A DNA stretch of 64,000 nt from the human T2T-CHM13v2.0 reference genome, Homo sapiens. The translations under genes and the position numbers were made by a program. Shown piece by piece: positions 13,155 to 27,139 of the stretch (position 1 is its first letter; the number at the start of each line of letters is the position of its first letter). Below the pieces are notes generated by a model, which did no database searches, had not been told where the DNA came from, and saw only the letters and a list, made by a program, of their open reading frames with translations. Location: assembly GCF_009914755.1 (NCBI RefSeq), contig NC_060925.1, one strand, 5' to 3'.

Positions 13155-13899
13155 TGATATGGTTTAGGTGTTTGTCCCTCTGAGTCTCATGTTGAAACGT
13201 GATCCCCAGTGTTGGAGGTGGGGCCTAAGAAGTGTTTGGGCCATGGGGGCGGATCCCTCATGAATGACTCGGTGCCCCCCCCCCACCACCCCAGTGGTGA
13301 TGAATGAGTTCTTGCTCTGTGAGTTCACAAAATAACTGGTTGCTTAAAGGAGGCCGGCATGTCCTCCTTTCTTTTTTTTTTTTTTTTGGAGATGGAGTCT
13401 CGCTCTGTCACCCAGGCTAGAATGTAGTGGTGCGATCTCGGCTCACTGCAACCTCCACCTCCTGAGTTGAAGTGATTCTCCTGCCTCAGCCTCCCGAGTA
13501 GCTGGGACTATAGGCATGTGCCACCACACCTGGCTAATTTTTGTATTTTTAGTAGAGACGGGGTTTCACCATGTTGGTCAAGCCGGTCTCAAACTCCTGA
13601 CCTCAGGTGATCCGTCCACCTCAGCCTTCCAAAGTGCTAGGATTACAGGCATGAGCCACTGCACCTAGTCCCTCCTCTCTCTTAACCTCTCTTTTGACCT
13701 CTCTCTGGCTATGTGACGCACCTGCTCCTCCTTCACCTCCTGCCATGATTTTAAGTTTCCTGAGGTCCTCACAGAAGCCAAGCAGAGGCTGGTGCCATAC
13801 TTGTATGGCCTGCAAAACTGTGAGCCAAATAAACCTCTTTTCTTTATAAATTACCCAGCCTCAGGTATTTCTTACAGTAAAACAAAACAGACTAATATA
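13155..13899 (+). mobile_element. MSTB-like MaLR LTR with an Alu insertion
   Basis: TGATATGGTTT start; GAGCCAAATAAACCTCTTTTCTTTATAAATTACCCAG..GACTAATATA end. Confidence 0.9.
13368..13670 (-). mobile_element. AluSx-like
   Basis: Poly-T then full antisense dimer containing CCTGACCTCAGGTGATCC. Confidence 0.95.
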
Positions 13900-13915
13900 G
13901 GCGTGCATGTGCGCG

Positions 13916-13950
<35 letters not shown>

Positions 13951-14327
13951 GCAGAAATTCAGAGATAGAGATGGAAGGACAGAAAGTCAGAGAAACAGAT
14001 GGACAGGGAAGCTCTCACTTCTGTTTTGTTCTATTGGTTGATGGCACAATGGAAAGAATACCAGAGCTGGGGACCACTGGAAACAATCTAGGACAAAGAA
14101 GACAAACCAGAGAAGTTGGTCAGAAGGCTCCTGCAGCAATGCAGGTGAGAGACACTGGGGTGTCCCTCACCACGGAAGTAGCAGCAGAGGAGAGGGAAGT
14201 GCTGGGTATATTTTGGGTGGGTGCTTACAAACAGGATGTCCTGACTCATTAGATCTGAAGTATGTGAATAGGTAATGGAGTAAGGATTGCTCCAAGGCTT
14301 TTGGCCTGAGCAACCAAAGAATGGAGG

Positions 14328-15146
14328 CTACTAATCTGTCTCTATGGATTTTCCTATTCTAGATAGTTCATATAAATGAAATTATACAATACGTGGCTTT
14401 TATGTCTGGCTTCTCCCACTTGGTGTATTTTCAAGGTGCATTCATGTTGCAGCATGTATTAGTACTTCATTCCTGTTTATGGCTGAATAATATTCCATCA
14501 TATAAATATATCACTGAGTGTTTCTCCATTCTTTAGCTGATGAACATTTGAGATGTTTCCAGTTTGGGGCTATAACGAAGGATGATGTATGAGCATCTCT
14601 GTATACAAATTTGACAGTTTTCAATCCTTTTGAGTATATATCTGGGAGTCAAATGACTGTGTCATATGCTAATTCTATGGTCAACTTTTTGAGGAATCAC
14701 CAAACTCCTTTTCACAGCAGCTGCACCATGTTACATTCCTACCAGCAATGCACAAAGGTTCCATTTTCTCTACCTCCTCATCAACACTTGTTATTGTCTT
14801 TTTTACTTTAGTCATTCTCATGATTGTAAAGTAGTATCTCATTATGGCTTTGATTTGCATATCTCTCATGACTAATGATGTTGACTATCTTTTATGTGCT
14901 TTTTGCCCATTTGTATGTTTTTGGACAAATGTCTATCCAAGTCCTTTGCCCATACATAAATTTTCTTTGTCTCTTTGTTGAATTATATTTTTTTATATAA
15001 CCTGGTACTATATTCTTAGCAGATATATGATTTGCAAATATTTTCTCTCATTCTGTAAGTTATCTTTTCTCCATCTTGATAGTGTCCTTTGGTGTACAAA
15101 GTTTTTAATTTTTATGAAGTCCAATTTATTCAATTTTTTGTTGCTT
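14328..15146 (-). mobile_element. L1MB-like 3' fragment
   Basis: CTACTAATCTGTCTCTATGGATTT..TTTGAGGAATCACCAAACT..TTTGCAAATATTTTCTC. Confidence 0.85.
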
Positions 15147-15782
15147 ATCTGGACAGACTACAAATACTTATCCATGTAAAAATGCAATAGCATTGTCAGA
15201 AGGAGGTGAGAACAGGTTCCAAGTGGGAAAAATAACAAACATCCACTGCAATTAGCAGCTTCACTGGTTGTTAGACAATTTAAATGAGATGACGCATACG
15301 AAGCACTTAGCACAGAGTAAATGCCTGGTAATTGTTAGCCCTTATTATTTGAAGCTAGCACAAGTGTTTGATATGTAATTTTGAGAAGAATAAATATGGT
15401 GCAGGCAGGTGTCACAGTTCTTTCTCTTGTTCTCTGTCAAGAGTAACCCTAGATCATCTGTGGAGGGAAGGATGAAAGAAAAAATGGTATTGAAAGCATC
15501 CATACTGGAAAAGGATGTGAATGGTTTTAAATGTTCTTCCTTTCCTTGACATGGCAATAGTTTACAAGTTTAGTCTTTAGGGAGGAAAATATGTTTAGAA
15601 CCCTGAATTTACAAATACTATTTTCCCTCAATAGGTCTTGTATATTGTTAAGACTTGAAGCAGAGTTTTAGATGCATGTAAACAGAATCTGAAATCCCTA
15701 AAATTGTCCTCCTTTCCTCCATTGTTCCTGTTTTAATCCTGGGGCAAGTAGCTATTGGTTCATTTTTAAGAGAAGCCTCCTT

Positions 15783-16080
15783 GGCTGGGTGCGGTGGCTC
15801 ACGCCTGTAATCTCAGCACTGGGAGGCCGATGTGGGTGGATCACCTGAGGTCAGGAGTTCGAGACCAGCCTGGCCAGCATGGCAAAACACCGTCTCTACT
15901 AAAAATACAAAAATTAACTGGGCGTGGTGGCGCGCATCTGTAATCCCAGCTACTTGGGAGCCTGAGGCAGGATAATCGCTTGAACTCAGGAGGCGGAGGT
16001 TATGATGAGCCAAGATTGAATCACTGTACTCCAGCCTGGGTGACAGAGCAAGACTCTGTCTCAAAAAAAAAAAAAAAAAA
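15783..16080 (+). mobile_element. AluSx-like
   Basis: Full dimer with poly-A; AGCCTCCT flanks both ends. Confidence 0.95.
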
Positions 16081-16199
16081 GAGCCTCCTCTGTTTGAGAA
16101 ATTGATCTTAATACCATCTGCTGCTGTCACTCTTGATTTTCTCCAGTGTTCACTGGCTTACCTTCTTTGCTCATAGAAGGTAATTTTATCCACATTTCC

Positions 16200-17045
16200 T
16201 TGAGTAACCAAATCATTCTGGTGAGAATGGACCCCTTCCCACCCTCCAGAGAGAGAATCTCAATCTGCCTAAGGCAATCAAAGAGACCTGTCTCTCTTCT
16301 GACCCAGTGATGGTTTTAGGAATGACATTGACCCCCTTCTGGTTAAGAACATGTGAACAGGCTGGGCGCAGTGGCTCACACCTGTAATCCCAACACTTTG
16401 GGAAGCCAAGGTGGGTGGATCACTTGAGGTCAGGAGCTTGAGACTAGCCTGGCCAACATGGCGAAACCCCATCTCCACTAAAGAAAAAAAAATACAAAAA
16501 AAATTAGCCAAGCACGGCAGTGTGCACCTGTAGTCCCAGCTACTCGGGACACTGAGGCAGGAGAATCGCTGGAACTTGGGAGGCAGAGGTTGTGATTAGC
16601 TCAGATCGTGCCACTGCACTCCAGCCTGGGCAACAGAATGAGACTCCATCTTAAAAAAAAAAAAAAAAAAAGAGAGAGAGTGAGAGAGAGAAAAGAAAAC
16701 ATGTAAACAAAAGCCTGCTATGCATTTTCTGGGAAAGGTGTCCTCAGAAATAAAAGAGAGGCGATGGAAGGAAATGTTCCTTTTCTTGCTGTATGTCGTC
16801 ATGTCTCTGGGCAAAGCCTGAAACTGCTGGAGCCAACTTGGTGATCCCAAGAGGAGTCCATTGTGTTCAATCTGGCAGGGTAGGAAGCACCAAGGTCTTC
16901 TGTTGGTGTCATTGAGCAAATTAGCCAATCAGGGATTTATCCCATGTTCAGACTTCTCAGTACATAAGTGAGATGAAAAATGTCCTTTCTGTCTAGCACA
17001 CTTTTAATTGAGTTTTATGTTGCTCGTAGCTGAAAGCACCCTGAA
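16200..17045 (+). mobile_element. Old MaLR LTR (MLT1J-like), split by an Alu
   Basis: GTGATGGTTTTAGGAATGACATTGACCC..TCAGACTTCT..GTTGCTCGTAGCTGAAAGCACCCTGA end. Confidence 0.55.
16360..16695 (+). mobile_element. AluS (Sz/Sx-like) with an A/(GA)n tail
   Basis: Full dimer; TSD AACATGTGAACA / AACATGTAAACA. Confidence 0.93.
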
Positions 17046-17554
17046 GGATGCATTATTTCAGAAGGGACCCACATAGGAGAGCCATGATGGAAGGGGACAC
17101 CCACCTAATTGGGCACATTGCTGAATCAATCCTTGGGACCAATGTGATGAAGATGTCACAGTTCGATTGCCCAGAGACTCTGAAAAAGAAAAAAAGAAAC
17201 TCTCATGATTTTCGTGGGGATTCACAGACAAACAAGATCAGACGTAACAGAGAGAGACAGAGACTGAGAGAGAGACAGAGAGAAAGAGGGGACTGGATTC
17301 TTTATAAAATAAGAAAAGGAAATAACACAGAAAGAAAGAACATAAAAACAGGCGTTCAAAGCTCCCAAATGCTATCATCCCTCAGAACACACTCCTGTTC
17401 TCATTCTTTGAATGGGGAAGAGAAAAAAGCAGCCAAAACATAAATTCTTGAAACACTATAGACCCTGAGCAAATTGATTCTCTAATAAATATGAATTAAA
17501 TCTCTCCTATGTATTAGGCATAGGAGAGGAGAGAAAATCAAATGGGTGGAACAG

Positions 17555-17999
17555 AGCATTAGTCAGAGTTCTCCAGAGAAACAGAACCAGTAGGACGTGT
17601 ATATGCACCAAAAGAGACTTATTACTGTAAGGAATTGGCTCACTTGATGACAGGGGCTGACAAGTCCCAAGATCTGCAGTCAGCAAGCTAGACACGCAGG
17701 AGAGCCGATGTTTCTGTTCGAGCTCAAAAGCAGGAAAAAAACTGATATTCGAGCTCAAAGGCAGGAGAAATTTCCTCTTTTATGTGTGGGGGGAAGTCAG
17801 CCTTTTATTTTATTGAGGCCTTCAACTGACTGAATTAGCCCCATTCACATTAAGGAGGGCAATCTGCTTTATTCACTTTAGCAATTTAAATGTTAGTTTT
17901 ATCCAAAACCCACTTGCAGCAATACCTAGAATAACGTTTGACCAGATATCTGGGCACCACATGAGCTAGTCCAGTTGACACATAAAATTAACTATCACA
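17555..17999 (-). mobile_element. MLT2 (ERVL) solo LTR
   Basis: ATTAGTCAGAGTTCTCCAGAGAAACAGAACCA...GTTGACACATAAAATTAACTATCACA. Confidence 0.9.
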
Positions 18000-18999
18000 A
18001 GTAGCAACAGCTTTTCCCTGAAAATACAGCCTTTCCCCCTTCCCATGAGTTATCCTTAAGGGCTTAACTTGTATATTAACAAAACACCACCCAATTTGCT
18101 ACCTATCTTCTTACCCTGCTGCTTCAAGCAGCTCTCCCACCATGCTTCACCTTGAAGTTCCCCAGCTGTGGTTTTCTGTGGAATTTAGCATTACAGTGAA
18201 CACATTTACATATCTGGGTGTTTCATATTCTTTGTTATGGAATATGTAGCTTATAAAATCACAGACTCGGGGAACAGAGTGAAGGGTCTTCCATCAGCAT
18301 GCTGGGTTCTGAGCATCCGCACTGTGTGAGGGTTGTTTCTTGCATCATTAAATTGCTGGCTTATTGGAAGCTACTTCTTATTTATCTTTGGGTCCCCTGT
18401 GCCCAATTTCTGTGCTTTGCACAGAGCAGACATTCAGGAAATATTAGTTGATTTGGATATTAAGCTATGTGTTTCTTTTGAGAAGATCACTTTATATAAC
18501 CAAGTTTTACTGCTCTCCAGATCTCTGAAAATATTTTAGTAGGTCTCTGTTTTTCTTAAGTCACTGGATGTCAGCCTGGTAAAAGCAAGAGATTGACGTC
18601 ACAGACTTGGAAATCACAACAATTTGGGTGTAACCCCCAGTTCTGGCAGTTACTGAGTCAACTCAGCCATGTTTCTTAACTTCTTTAAGCCTGAGATTAT
18701 TTTTCTTCTGTAAGGAAAAATGTGTGTTTCAGTGCCAAGCTATGCATTGTCACAGAGACACCTCTGCAGGTTATCTGACTCTAATCTTATACAAGTTGTA
18801 GATAACTGATAACAAGGCACAATGCTTGCTGTCTGTAGGCATACAAATTCCGTTCTGTTCTATGGAAGTCCCGTGGAAGGAGCCAGTTTTGCCTTCATTT
18901 GCCATTTATTCCAGCATCCCTGATCTGTAAGTGTGTCTGTTTTTTGACTTCTCCTTTGAATCAGTTAAAACAATTACTTGGTTCCTTCATTATGAGTAA

Positions 19000-19385
<386 letters not shown>

Positions 19386-19514
19386 TAAAAAAGATTAGGC
19401 TTTACCTTTTATTTTTTAAAAAGATTAGGCACTCATCTGTAAAATGGGGAAATGATGATGATGATCTCAAGTGTGATTTATCAGATGTGACAGGCACCTG
19501 CAGTTGACCCTTCT

Positions 19515-20748
19515 TGCTCCATTCTCCAAAATGCAGGCAGTGCAATCCTGTTGAATCCTAAGTCAGATCCTGCAGCTCCTGGGCTCAGGGTGCTGCAGTG
19601 GCTCCCAACGCACGCAGTCCTGACACTCCCCCTGAGATCTCACAGCACCACTGTCCTTGTGTCCCACTTGTCCTTCCTTCACTTCTGTCTGGCCACACAG
19701 GCCTCTTGGCTGCTCTGCAAACACACAGGGTTGCTTCTGCCTCAGGACTTGGCACAGACTGCTCTCTCCACCCTGGTTCCTATTCCCTCAGTCATCCACA
19801 TGGCTGACCCCTCACTTCCTTCAGCTTTTATTCAGATGCCACCTCTGCAGGGAGGCCCTCCTAGCACCCATATGGGGGTTCCAATCTGCCCACTTCCCAA
19901 CCAACACCTGCTCTCCCCATGTCCTGCCTCAGTCTCCTTAATACTCACTGCTTCCTGGCAAGCTGTTTTTGTTGTTGTTTTCTTTAAGCCTATTCTGAAA
20001 ATTATTTTTAACTTTTATTTTGTGTTCAGGGGTACTTGTGCATATTTGTTACATAGGTAAATTTGTGACATGGGGGTTTGTCGTACAGATTATTTCATCA
20101 CCCAGGTATTAAGCCTAGTACCCATTAGTTATTCCTCCTGCTCATCTCCCTCCTCCCACCCACTACCCTTCAATCGGCCCCAGTGTTTGTTGCTCCCAAT
20201 GCATGTGTCCGTGCGTTCTCATCATTTAGCTCCCACTTATAAATGAGAACATGTGGTATTTGGTTTTCTATTCCTGTGTTAGTTTGCTAAGGATAATGGC
20301 TTCTAGCTCCATCCATGTCCCTGCAAAGGACATAATCTCGTTCTTTTTTGTGACTGTATAGTAGTCATTCTGTGGTGTATGTGTACCATATTTTCTTTAT
20401 CCAGTCTACCATTGATGGGCATTTAGGTTGATTCCACGTCTGTGCTATTGTGACTAGTGCTGCAATGAACATACATGTACACGTGCCTTTATTATAGAAC
20501 AATTTCTGTTCCTTTGGGTATATACCTAGTAATGGGATTGCTGGGTTGAATGGTATGTCTATTTTTAGGCCTTTGAGGAATTGCCACACTGTCTTGACAA
20601 TCTGTATTGTACTAATTTATGGCACGTATTCTTGCTTTTTCACTAGCATACAAACTCTATGAGGGCAGAGATTTTACTGTTGTGTTCTTTGCCATATCCT
20701 CAGTGCCTAGAACAATATCTTGCAGAGTAGGCCTTCAATAAATGAATG
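19515..20748 (+). mobile_element. L2 3' portion, split by an L1
   Basis: CAGTGGCTCCCA..CTGCCTCAGGACTTGGCAC..CAGTGCCTAGAACA..TCAATAAATGAATG end. Confidence 0.75.
20003..20600 (-). mobile_element. 5'-truncated older L1PA/L1PB 3' end
   Basis: ORF 20365-20589 [35 protein letters not shown]; L1 3'UTR to the left. Confidence 0.9.
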
Positions 20749-21034
20749 CTATGAGATAATTGGCACTGAGTGCCGAACCCAATGCTTGGCACACAGAAAG
20801 GGCCCAAAAAATGCCGCCTGCAATAGAAACAATAAAAAAGAAAGGGAAGAAGGTGAGGAGAAAGAGGTTGGGGGAGGATGTGGATCCCTTAAGAGATGAT
20901 GAGACAAGAGGCAAGTCAGCACATTCAGAAACACCTTGTGGGGGCCATCAGAGTGAACATTCTGAGGGAGCTGCACTTGTCCTTATCGGATGAGGTTTTT
21001 TATAAGCTTGTGTCCATTAAACTCTTGTATGTAG

Positions 21035-21350
21035 TGACAGGTGCAGTGGCTCACGCCTGTAATCCCAGCATTTTGGGCGGCTAAGTTGGGAGAATCACCT
21101 GAGGTCAGGAGTTTGAGACCAGCTTGGCCAACATGGTGAAACCCCATCTCTACTAAAAATATAAAAATTAGCCTGGCGTGGTGGCAGGCGCCTGTAATCC
21201 CAGCTACTCAGGAGGCTGAGGCAGGAGAATCACTTGAACCCGGGAGGCGGAGGTTGCAGTGCAGTGAGCCGAGATTGCGCCATTGCACTCCAGCCTGGGA
21301 GACAAGAGCAAAACTCCATCCCAAAACAAACAAACAAACAAACAACAAAA
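21035..21350 (+). mobile_element. AluSq/Sp-like with (CAAA)n tail
   Basis: ACAAGAGCAAAACTCC diagnostic; TSD ~AAACT.T.GTATGTAG. Confidence 0.92.
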
Positions 21351-22311
21351 AACTTTCGTATGTAGCTGGCACATTTCACATCCCACCTAGTGCTGTTTTC
21401 TGATGGAAGTCAAAACCGTCAATTTGGGAGAGCATTGATAGTTGAGGGTGGGATAAGGGAAAACATCGAGGAAAAAAGATCAGAAAGACGATTTGAGTCC
21501 ACTTCACGTTTTCCTGCCACACTCAAGCAATTTAGGAAAATTGGCACAAATAAATGGAGATTACTTTCCACTGAAACGCTTGACTGCAGAAGTGAAAGAT
21601 AATTTTTCCTTGGTCGAGAGCTATGCAGTGGAAGGTCAGCCAACGCAGATGTAGGTGATGGAGCTCCATGGTGATCATCCAGTTGTGCAGACTCCAGGGT
21701 TTTCCACCTCCCTGTGGCACCATGTGTGATGCTTTTAAAACCTCAGGCCATTAACCAACTGCCCTCAAAGAGGATCATCATCTCGGCCCTGACAACTCTA
21801 CTTTTGAAAACCATGTTTGATTTTTATTGATTGAGACTGGAACCCGAAATCAATACGAAACTGAATTTTGTGCCTAAAATGGTTTGCAAACAAATCGAAT
21901 TTTTAAAATCTCCCTTTCAATTAATTCCTCTGCTAATTAGTTTTAGCTTTAATTGCTTTTGAGACCCATTTTGAGGTACTTAACATGAGCGGGCAGCCTC
22001 TCTCCTTTCATTTCCTTCGGCAAACTCATCCAATTAAAAACACATTGCAACATTTTCATGTAAAGAATTGGGTCCCCATTTTGTTTTTTAAAAGTCCCAA
22101 ACCTTAACCACTGTAGCTGCATTGTACTAAAACTAGTTTCTAAGTTTGTGTCAACTTGGCAGTTCTTTCTCTTGCTAGGTGATAGATCCAGAACCGGAGA
22201 CCCATCTTTCCAGCTTCATCTATCAAAACCTTCATTCTCCCCTTGATGCCAATGTGCCATGCTCCAAGATCTTGTCCTGCCTATTATGGGCATTCCAACC
22301 TCCAGAGAAGT

Positions 22312-22930
22312 ATTGATTCACTTATCCATTCATGTATTTTTTTTTTTTGACAAATATTTACTGAAGGAAACTAGCCTGGCATGTTCTAAGACAGTCACCA
22401 TCAGTCACAGATGGCTACTGAACCCTAGAAATGAGGTTGGTCCACACTAAGATGCGCTGGAATTATAAAATACACATCTGATTTTAAAGACATAGTGTGA
22501 AAAAAAAAAGAAATGTATCTCAATGATTACAAGTTGATATAATTTTATTTTTATTATATTGTGCTAAATAAAATATGCTAATTCCATCTGTTTCTTTTTT
22601 CCTTTTTGATGTGGCTACTGGAAATTTTTAAATGATAGATTTGGTCAAACAGTGCTGGTTTAGGTGTTGGGGACATAGCAGAAGGCAAAACAAATAAAAA
22701 CTCCTATTTTTATGCAACTTCTGTTCTAATGGAGAGAACATAGACCTCAAAAAAAGGATTAAAATATATAGCATGTCAGATTGTGATAAATGCTATGGAA
22801 GAACAATAAAGCAGGAAAGGAGGCCAGAGACTAAGAGGGGAGAGACATCCCATTAAATAGGGAGGTCAGGAAGAACTCATGAAAATTAGACAATTTTGGG
22901 AGAAGAGAGGACAATTCAGGGAAAGACAAA
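22312..22930 (-). mobile_element. L2 3' end hosting MER33
   Basis: ATTCACTTATCCATTCA..CAAATATTTACTGA; resumes TTTAGGTGTTGGGGACATAGCAG..GATAAATGCTATGGAAGAA. Confidence 0.75.
22376..22657 (-). mobile_element. MER33 (hAT-Charlie), copy 1
   Basis: ATGGCTACTGAACCCTAGAAATG..AAAATACACATCTGATTTT..GATGTGGCTACTGGAAATTTT..CAGTGCTG terminus. Confidence 0.8.
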
Positions 22931-23020
22931 TTGTCAATAGGGTCTCTACTAGTCAGGACTCAAGCTGACAAAACTCCTACTAGGTTGAGGCAAAAAGATT
23001 TTTTTAACTCATGTAAATGA

Positions 23021-23421
<401 letters not shown>

Positions 23422-23426
23422 TAAAC

Positions 23427-23977
23427 CAGTGGTTATCAAACTTTAGCAGCGTCAGCATCAGCTGGAGGGCTTGTTCACACCTGGATGGGCAGAGCCTGCC
23501 CCCAGAGTTTCTGATTCAGAAGGTCAGAGAGACCTAAACATCTGCATTTCTGTTTGCTGGAAATGTCATTTAAAAATTTCCAGTAGCCACATCAAAAAGG
23601 AAAAAAAGAAACAGATGGAATTAATTTCAATAGCATATTTTATTTAGCACAGTATGATAAAAATATAATCGTATCAACTCAGAATCATTGAGATATATTA
23701 CATTCCTGTTCTTTCACACTGTGTCTTTAAAATTGGATGTGTATTTTAGAATTCCAGCTCAGTGCACACCAGCCCCATTTCAAGGGCTCAGAAGTCATCT
23801 GTGGCTGATGATGACTGTCTTGGAACATGCCAGCCTAGACAACGCTTAGATTATGATGTCCTTCAGTAAACATTTGTTTTTTAAAAAAATAAAGAATACA
23901 TGAGTGAATAAGTGGATCAATACTCACCAGGTGATGCCGACACTGCCAGTCCAGGGACCATCCTTTGAACACCACTG
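23427..23977 (+). mobile_element. MER5A split into 23427-23551 and ~23925-23977
   Basis: CAGTGGTTATCAAACTTTAG..CAGAGTTTCTGATTCAG..TGCATTTCT | CCAGGTGATGC..GGGACCATCCTTTGAACACCACTG. Confidence 0.85.
23550..23924 (+). repeat. Inverted duplicate of 22309-22652 (MER33 plus L2 flank)
   Basis: Its reverse complement aligns with 22309-22652 along the whole length, including sequence outside MER33. Confidence 0.9.
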
Positions 23978-24798
23978 TGCTGGATAATACCTAAATTTTT
24001 AAAATCAACACAGGGAGGGATAAGCATACTATTTGAAAACATGGAAATAACACGAGTGAAAAGAGCAAAAAGAAGTTCTCTCAGGGAAGTTAGGGTCAGG
24101 TGTGAGAGGAGGGGGCAGGAGACCATGATGTTTGTTATAAGCCTTATCGTACTAATATTTGTATCATTTCGATAAAAGTAAAAGGTGAACTTGCAGAAAG
24201 TACATGAATGAAAAATGTAGCACTGCTCATTGGCCACTAGAAGTTTCCTGCTGTGCACTTCTGAGGAGTGGCCACACATCAGGCATTCATCGTCCAGGCA
24301 GACTTTGGGCCCACAGTGGCCCTAGCTGGGCTGAATTCCTGGTACTTCCTGTGTGGCTTGTTACTGTACATGAAAATGCACAAGACTCTTCCCACCACTG
24401 ACCTCAGTGTCTGCCCCAGGAAGAAGAAGAAAAGTTTTGGCTTGAAAATGCTCTTCAAGGACACAAGGCGGTCACCAAATTACAGCATGCAGCTTTCAGG
24501 GGATGACTAAAAGGATGAGGATGATGACTCATAGCTGGGGACAGAAGCGAATCCCTCTTGCTGACCTGTGCCCTCCTTTGCACCGGTGTTCTTTCTCAGC
24601 CCTCCTGGGGTGAGGATGTGACTGTCCCCTGGGAAAGCTTGGCAAGATAAGAGTAGGAGCACAAAGAAGGAGGTAGATAGAGAGTGGTTTGCAGTCAATA
24701 CTCAGTGGTTTGGGTAGGCTTCTTTCTTCCTTGGGTTGAATTTTCTATACCTCCCCTCTGTATCAGTAAGATATGACTTCCAGCGCTCAGATCAGAGC

Positions 24799-24904
24799 AG
24801 GGTACTTAGATGTTAGGATGATTCCCTTTGCCCAGGATTGAGGTGGTGCCCAGGACACAGGATGTTCAGAAAGCCCCAGGCAAACAAAATAAGTTGTTCA
24901 CCCT
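24799..24904. mobile_element. MER81-like (hAT-Blackjack)
   Basis: AGGGT...TTTGCCCAGGA..CCCAGGCAAAC..TCACCCT termini. Confidence 0.6.
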
Positions 24905-25231
24905 ATTAGATATAATCATGCATATGCACTAAGATTTACCTGCGAGGTGTCTATGGTGGCACTATATAATACCAAACAATTAGAAAACAATTAAATTAAC
25001 AAATATTTATTGGGCATTACTCTGTGCCAGGGACCATCCTACGTGCTTAGGATAGAGCTGTGAACAACACAGACAACAATATATCTAATTATACTAAATA
25101 AAGTATGGTATAGCCATATCACAGAATATTATGTAACCTACAAAAAACTGCTATGGGGAAGGAAATATTACATTACATCAAGGATGACCATGAGATAAAG
25201 GAAAATAGATGTAGATGTTCAGGGAAATAGA

Positions 25232-25770
25232 TGTAGAAGACATCTTTTGTTTCTGCCTGCCTAGCATCTATTCACCCTTCCACGGGTGACACCTTTGCTT
25301 TGGGGAATGTTCCCGCTCCTATCCCAGCAACTTGTGAAGGGCTATTATTCAAGGATGGACGTGTATGTGTAAGGGCTATCACGTAGATTGTTCTGGCTGG
25401 GCACTGCACAATCCCAGACTACCATGAGCATGCTCCCAAGGCTTATGCAGCACATAACATGGACAACTATACCAGCAGTCCAGGCACACGACCCAGCTAC
25501 TCCAATCAGACCTCTCTCCGCAGTTCAGAACTTGAGTGGAATCCTGCCCTACCAGAAAATGGTGGGAACTGAGTCTTCCCAATGAAGACACGCTAAAGAG
25601 TCTGACCTGCTACCTAGATTCCAAGATCCACCCGGGTCCCCAGCCTCCCCAAGGCTGGATTGTTTAAATTGGTATTTGAATCTTTAAACCATCTTGGTAT
25701 CCTGCCCATAGCTTTCTTTTGTTAGATTAGGCAGAATGGCTTTCTGTTACTTACAACCACAGAACCCTGG
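25232..25770 (+). mobile_element. Old MaLR LTR (MLT1K/L-like)
   Basis: TGTAG..TCTGCCTGCCTAGCATC..CAATCAGA..TTTCTGTTACTTACAACCACAGAACCCTG end. Confidence 0.55.
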
Positions 25771-26002
25771 CTGCTTCTGCAGTTGTCAAAAGAGTGTGTA
25801 TACAATGAGTCCATTTGTATGAAAAGTTATGTGTGTGAATATATATTATACATTATATATACATTATATGTTGTATATTATGATACCTAGACTATGTAAA
25901 GGGTGTGTGTGTGAGTGTATGACTCCTACAAAGTGAGTAGTTCTCTGGATAGTCGAACTACAGATTATTTTTATGTTCTCTTTGATTATCTGTGTCTCCT
26001 GA

Positions 26003-26520
<518 letters not shown>

Positions 26521-27139
26521 CATATACTACTTCTTAACAAGAAAAGAAAAATTAGAAACTAAAACATGCACATAGCTCACACCTAGTTAAGACCATAGGG
26601 ATTTTGAGCCAAAGCCCTATTTATAAGTAACATTTGCATTTACCTGGAGGATTTTCCATGTGGTGGATTCTCCAAATGGCTGTTCACAGTTGCCTGGGGA
26701 TTTGCACGTTGGCATGCTAACCACCTCCCTGAATCTGAGATATGATAAACGATAATCTTAGCTTTATACGACTCTGAAATCTATCACTTCAGTTAGAAAA
26801 GAACGCGAAGAGGGGGATAGTTCACATTTTTCCTTTTTCCAAATTGGGAAACTGAAAAGGAGGCAGTGAAATGGTGTGTGTACAAAGATTTCCTTTCTGA
26901 ACAACCAAAGCCATGAGAATCAGGATGGATGGTCTTGTACAATTTTCTCAAAATATTTAAAGCTTTTGTCCTAGAGAAAACAGTGGCTACAGAGTGATTC
27001 AATGAAGGACTTTAAGTTTATCAAAGGTTCTACCTGATGTGTTCAGATCCACCATATAATCTGTGAAGGACTAACAATAGGTAGGTTGGTTTACAGTCCA
27101 GCAAAAGAGATCAGGGTTGGTTATGCGGAATGGCTTTTA

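Noticed and set aside
17048-17443. 131-aa basic ORF
   Set aside because: The R/E/K richness comes from (GA)n and A-rich low-complexity sequence.
19551-20060. 169-aa ORF
   Set aside because: It lies in L2 and runs into an L1 tail; its composition just reflects pyrimidine-rich repeat DNA.
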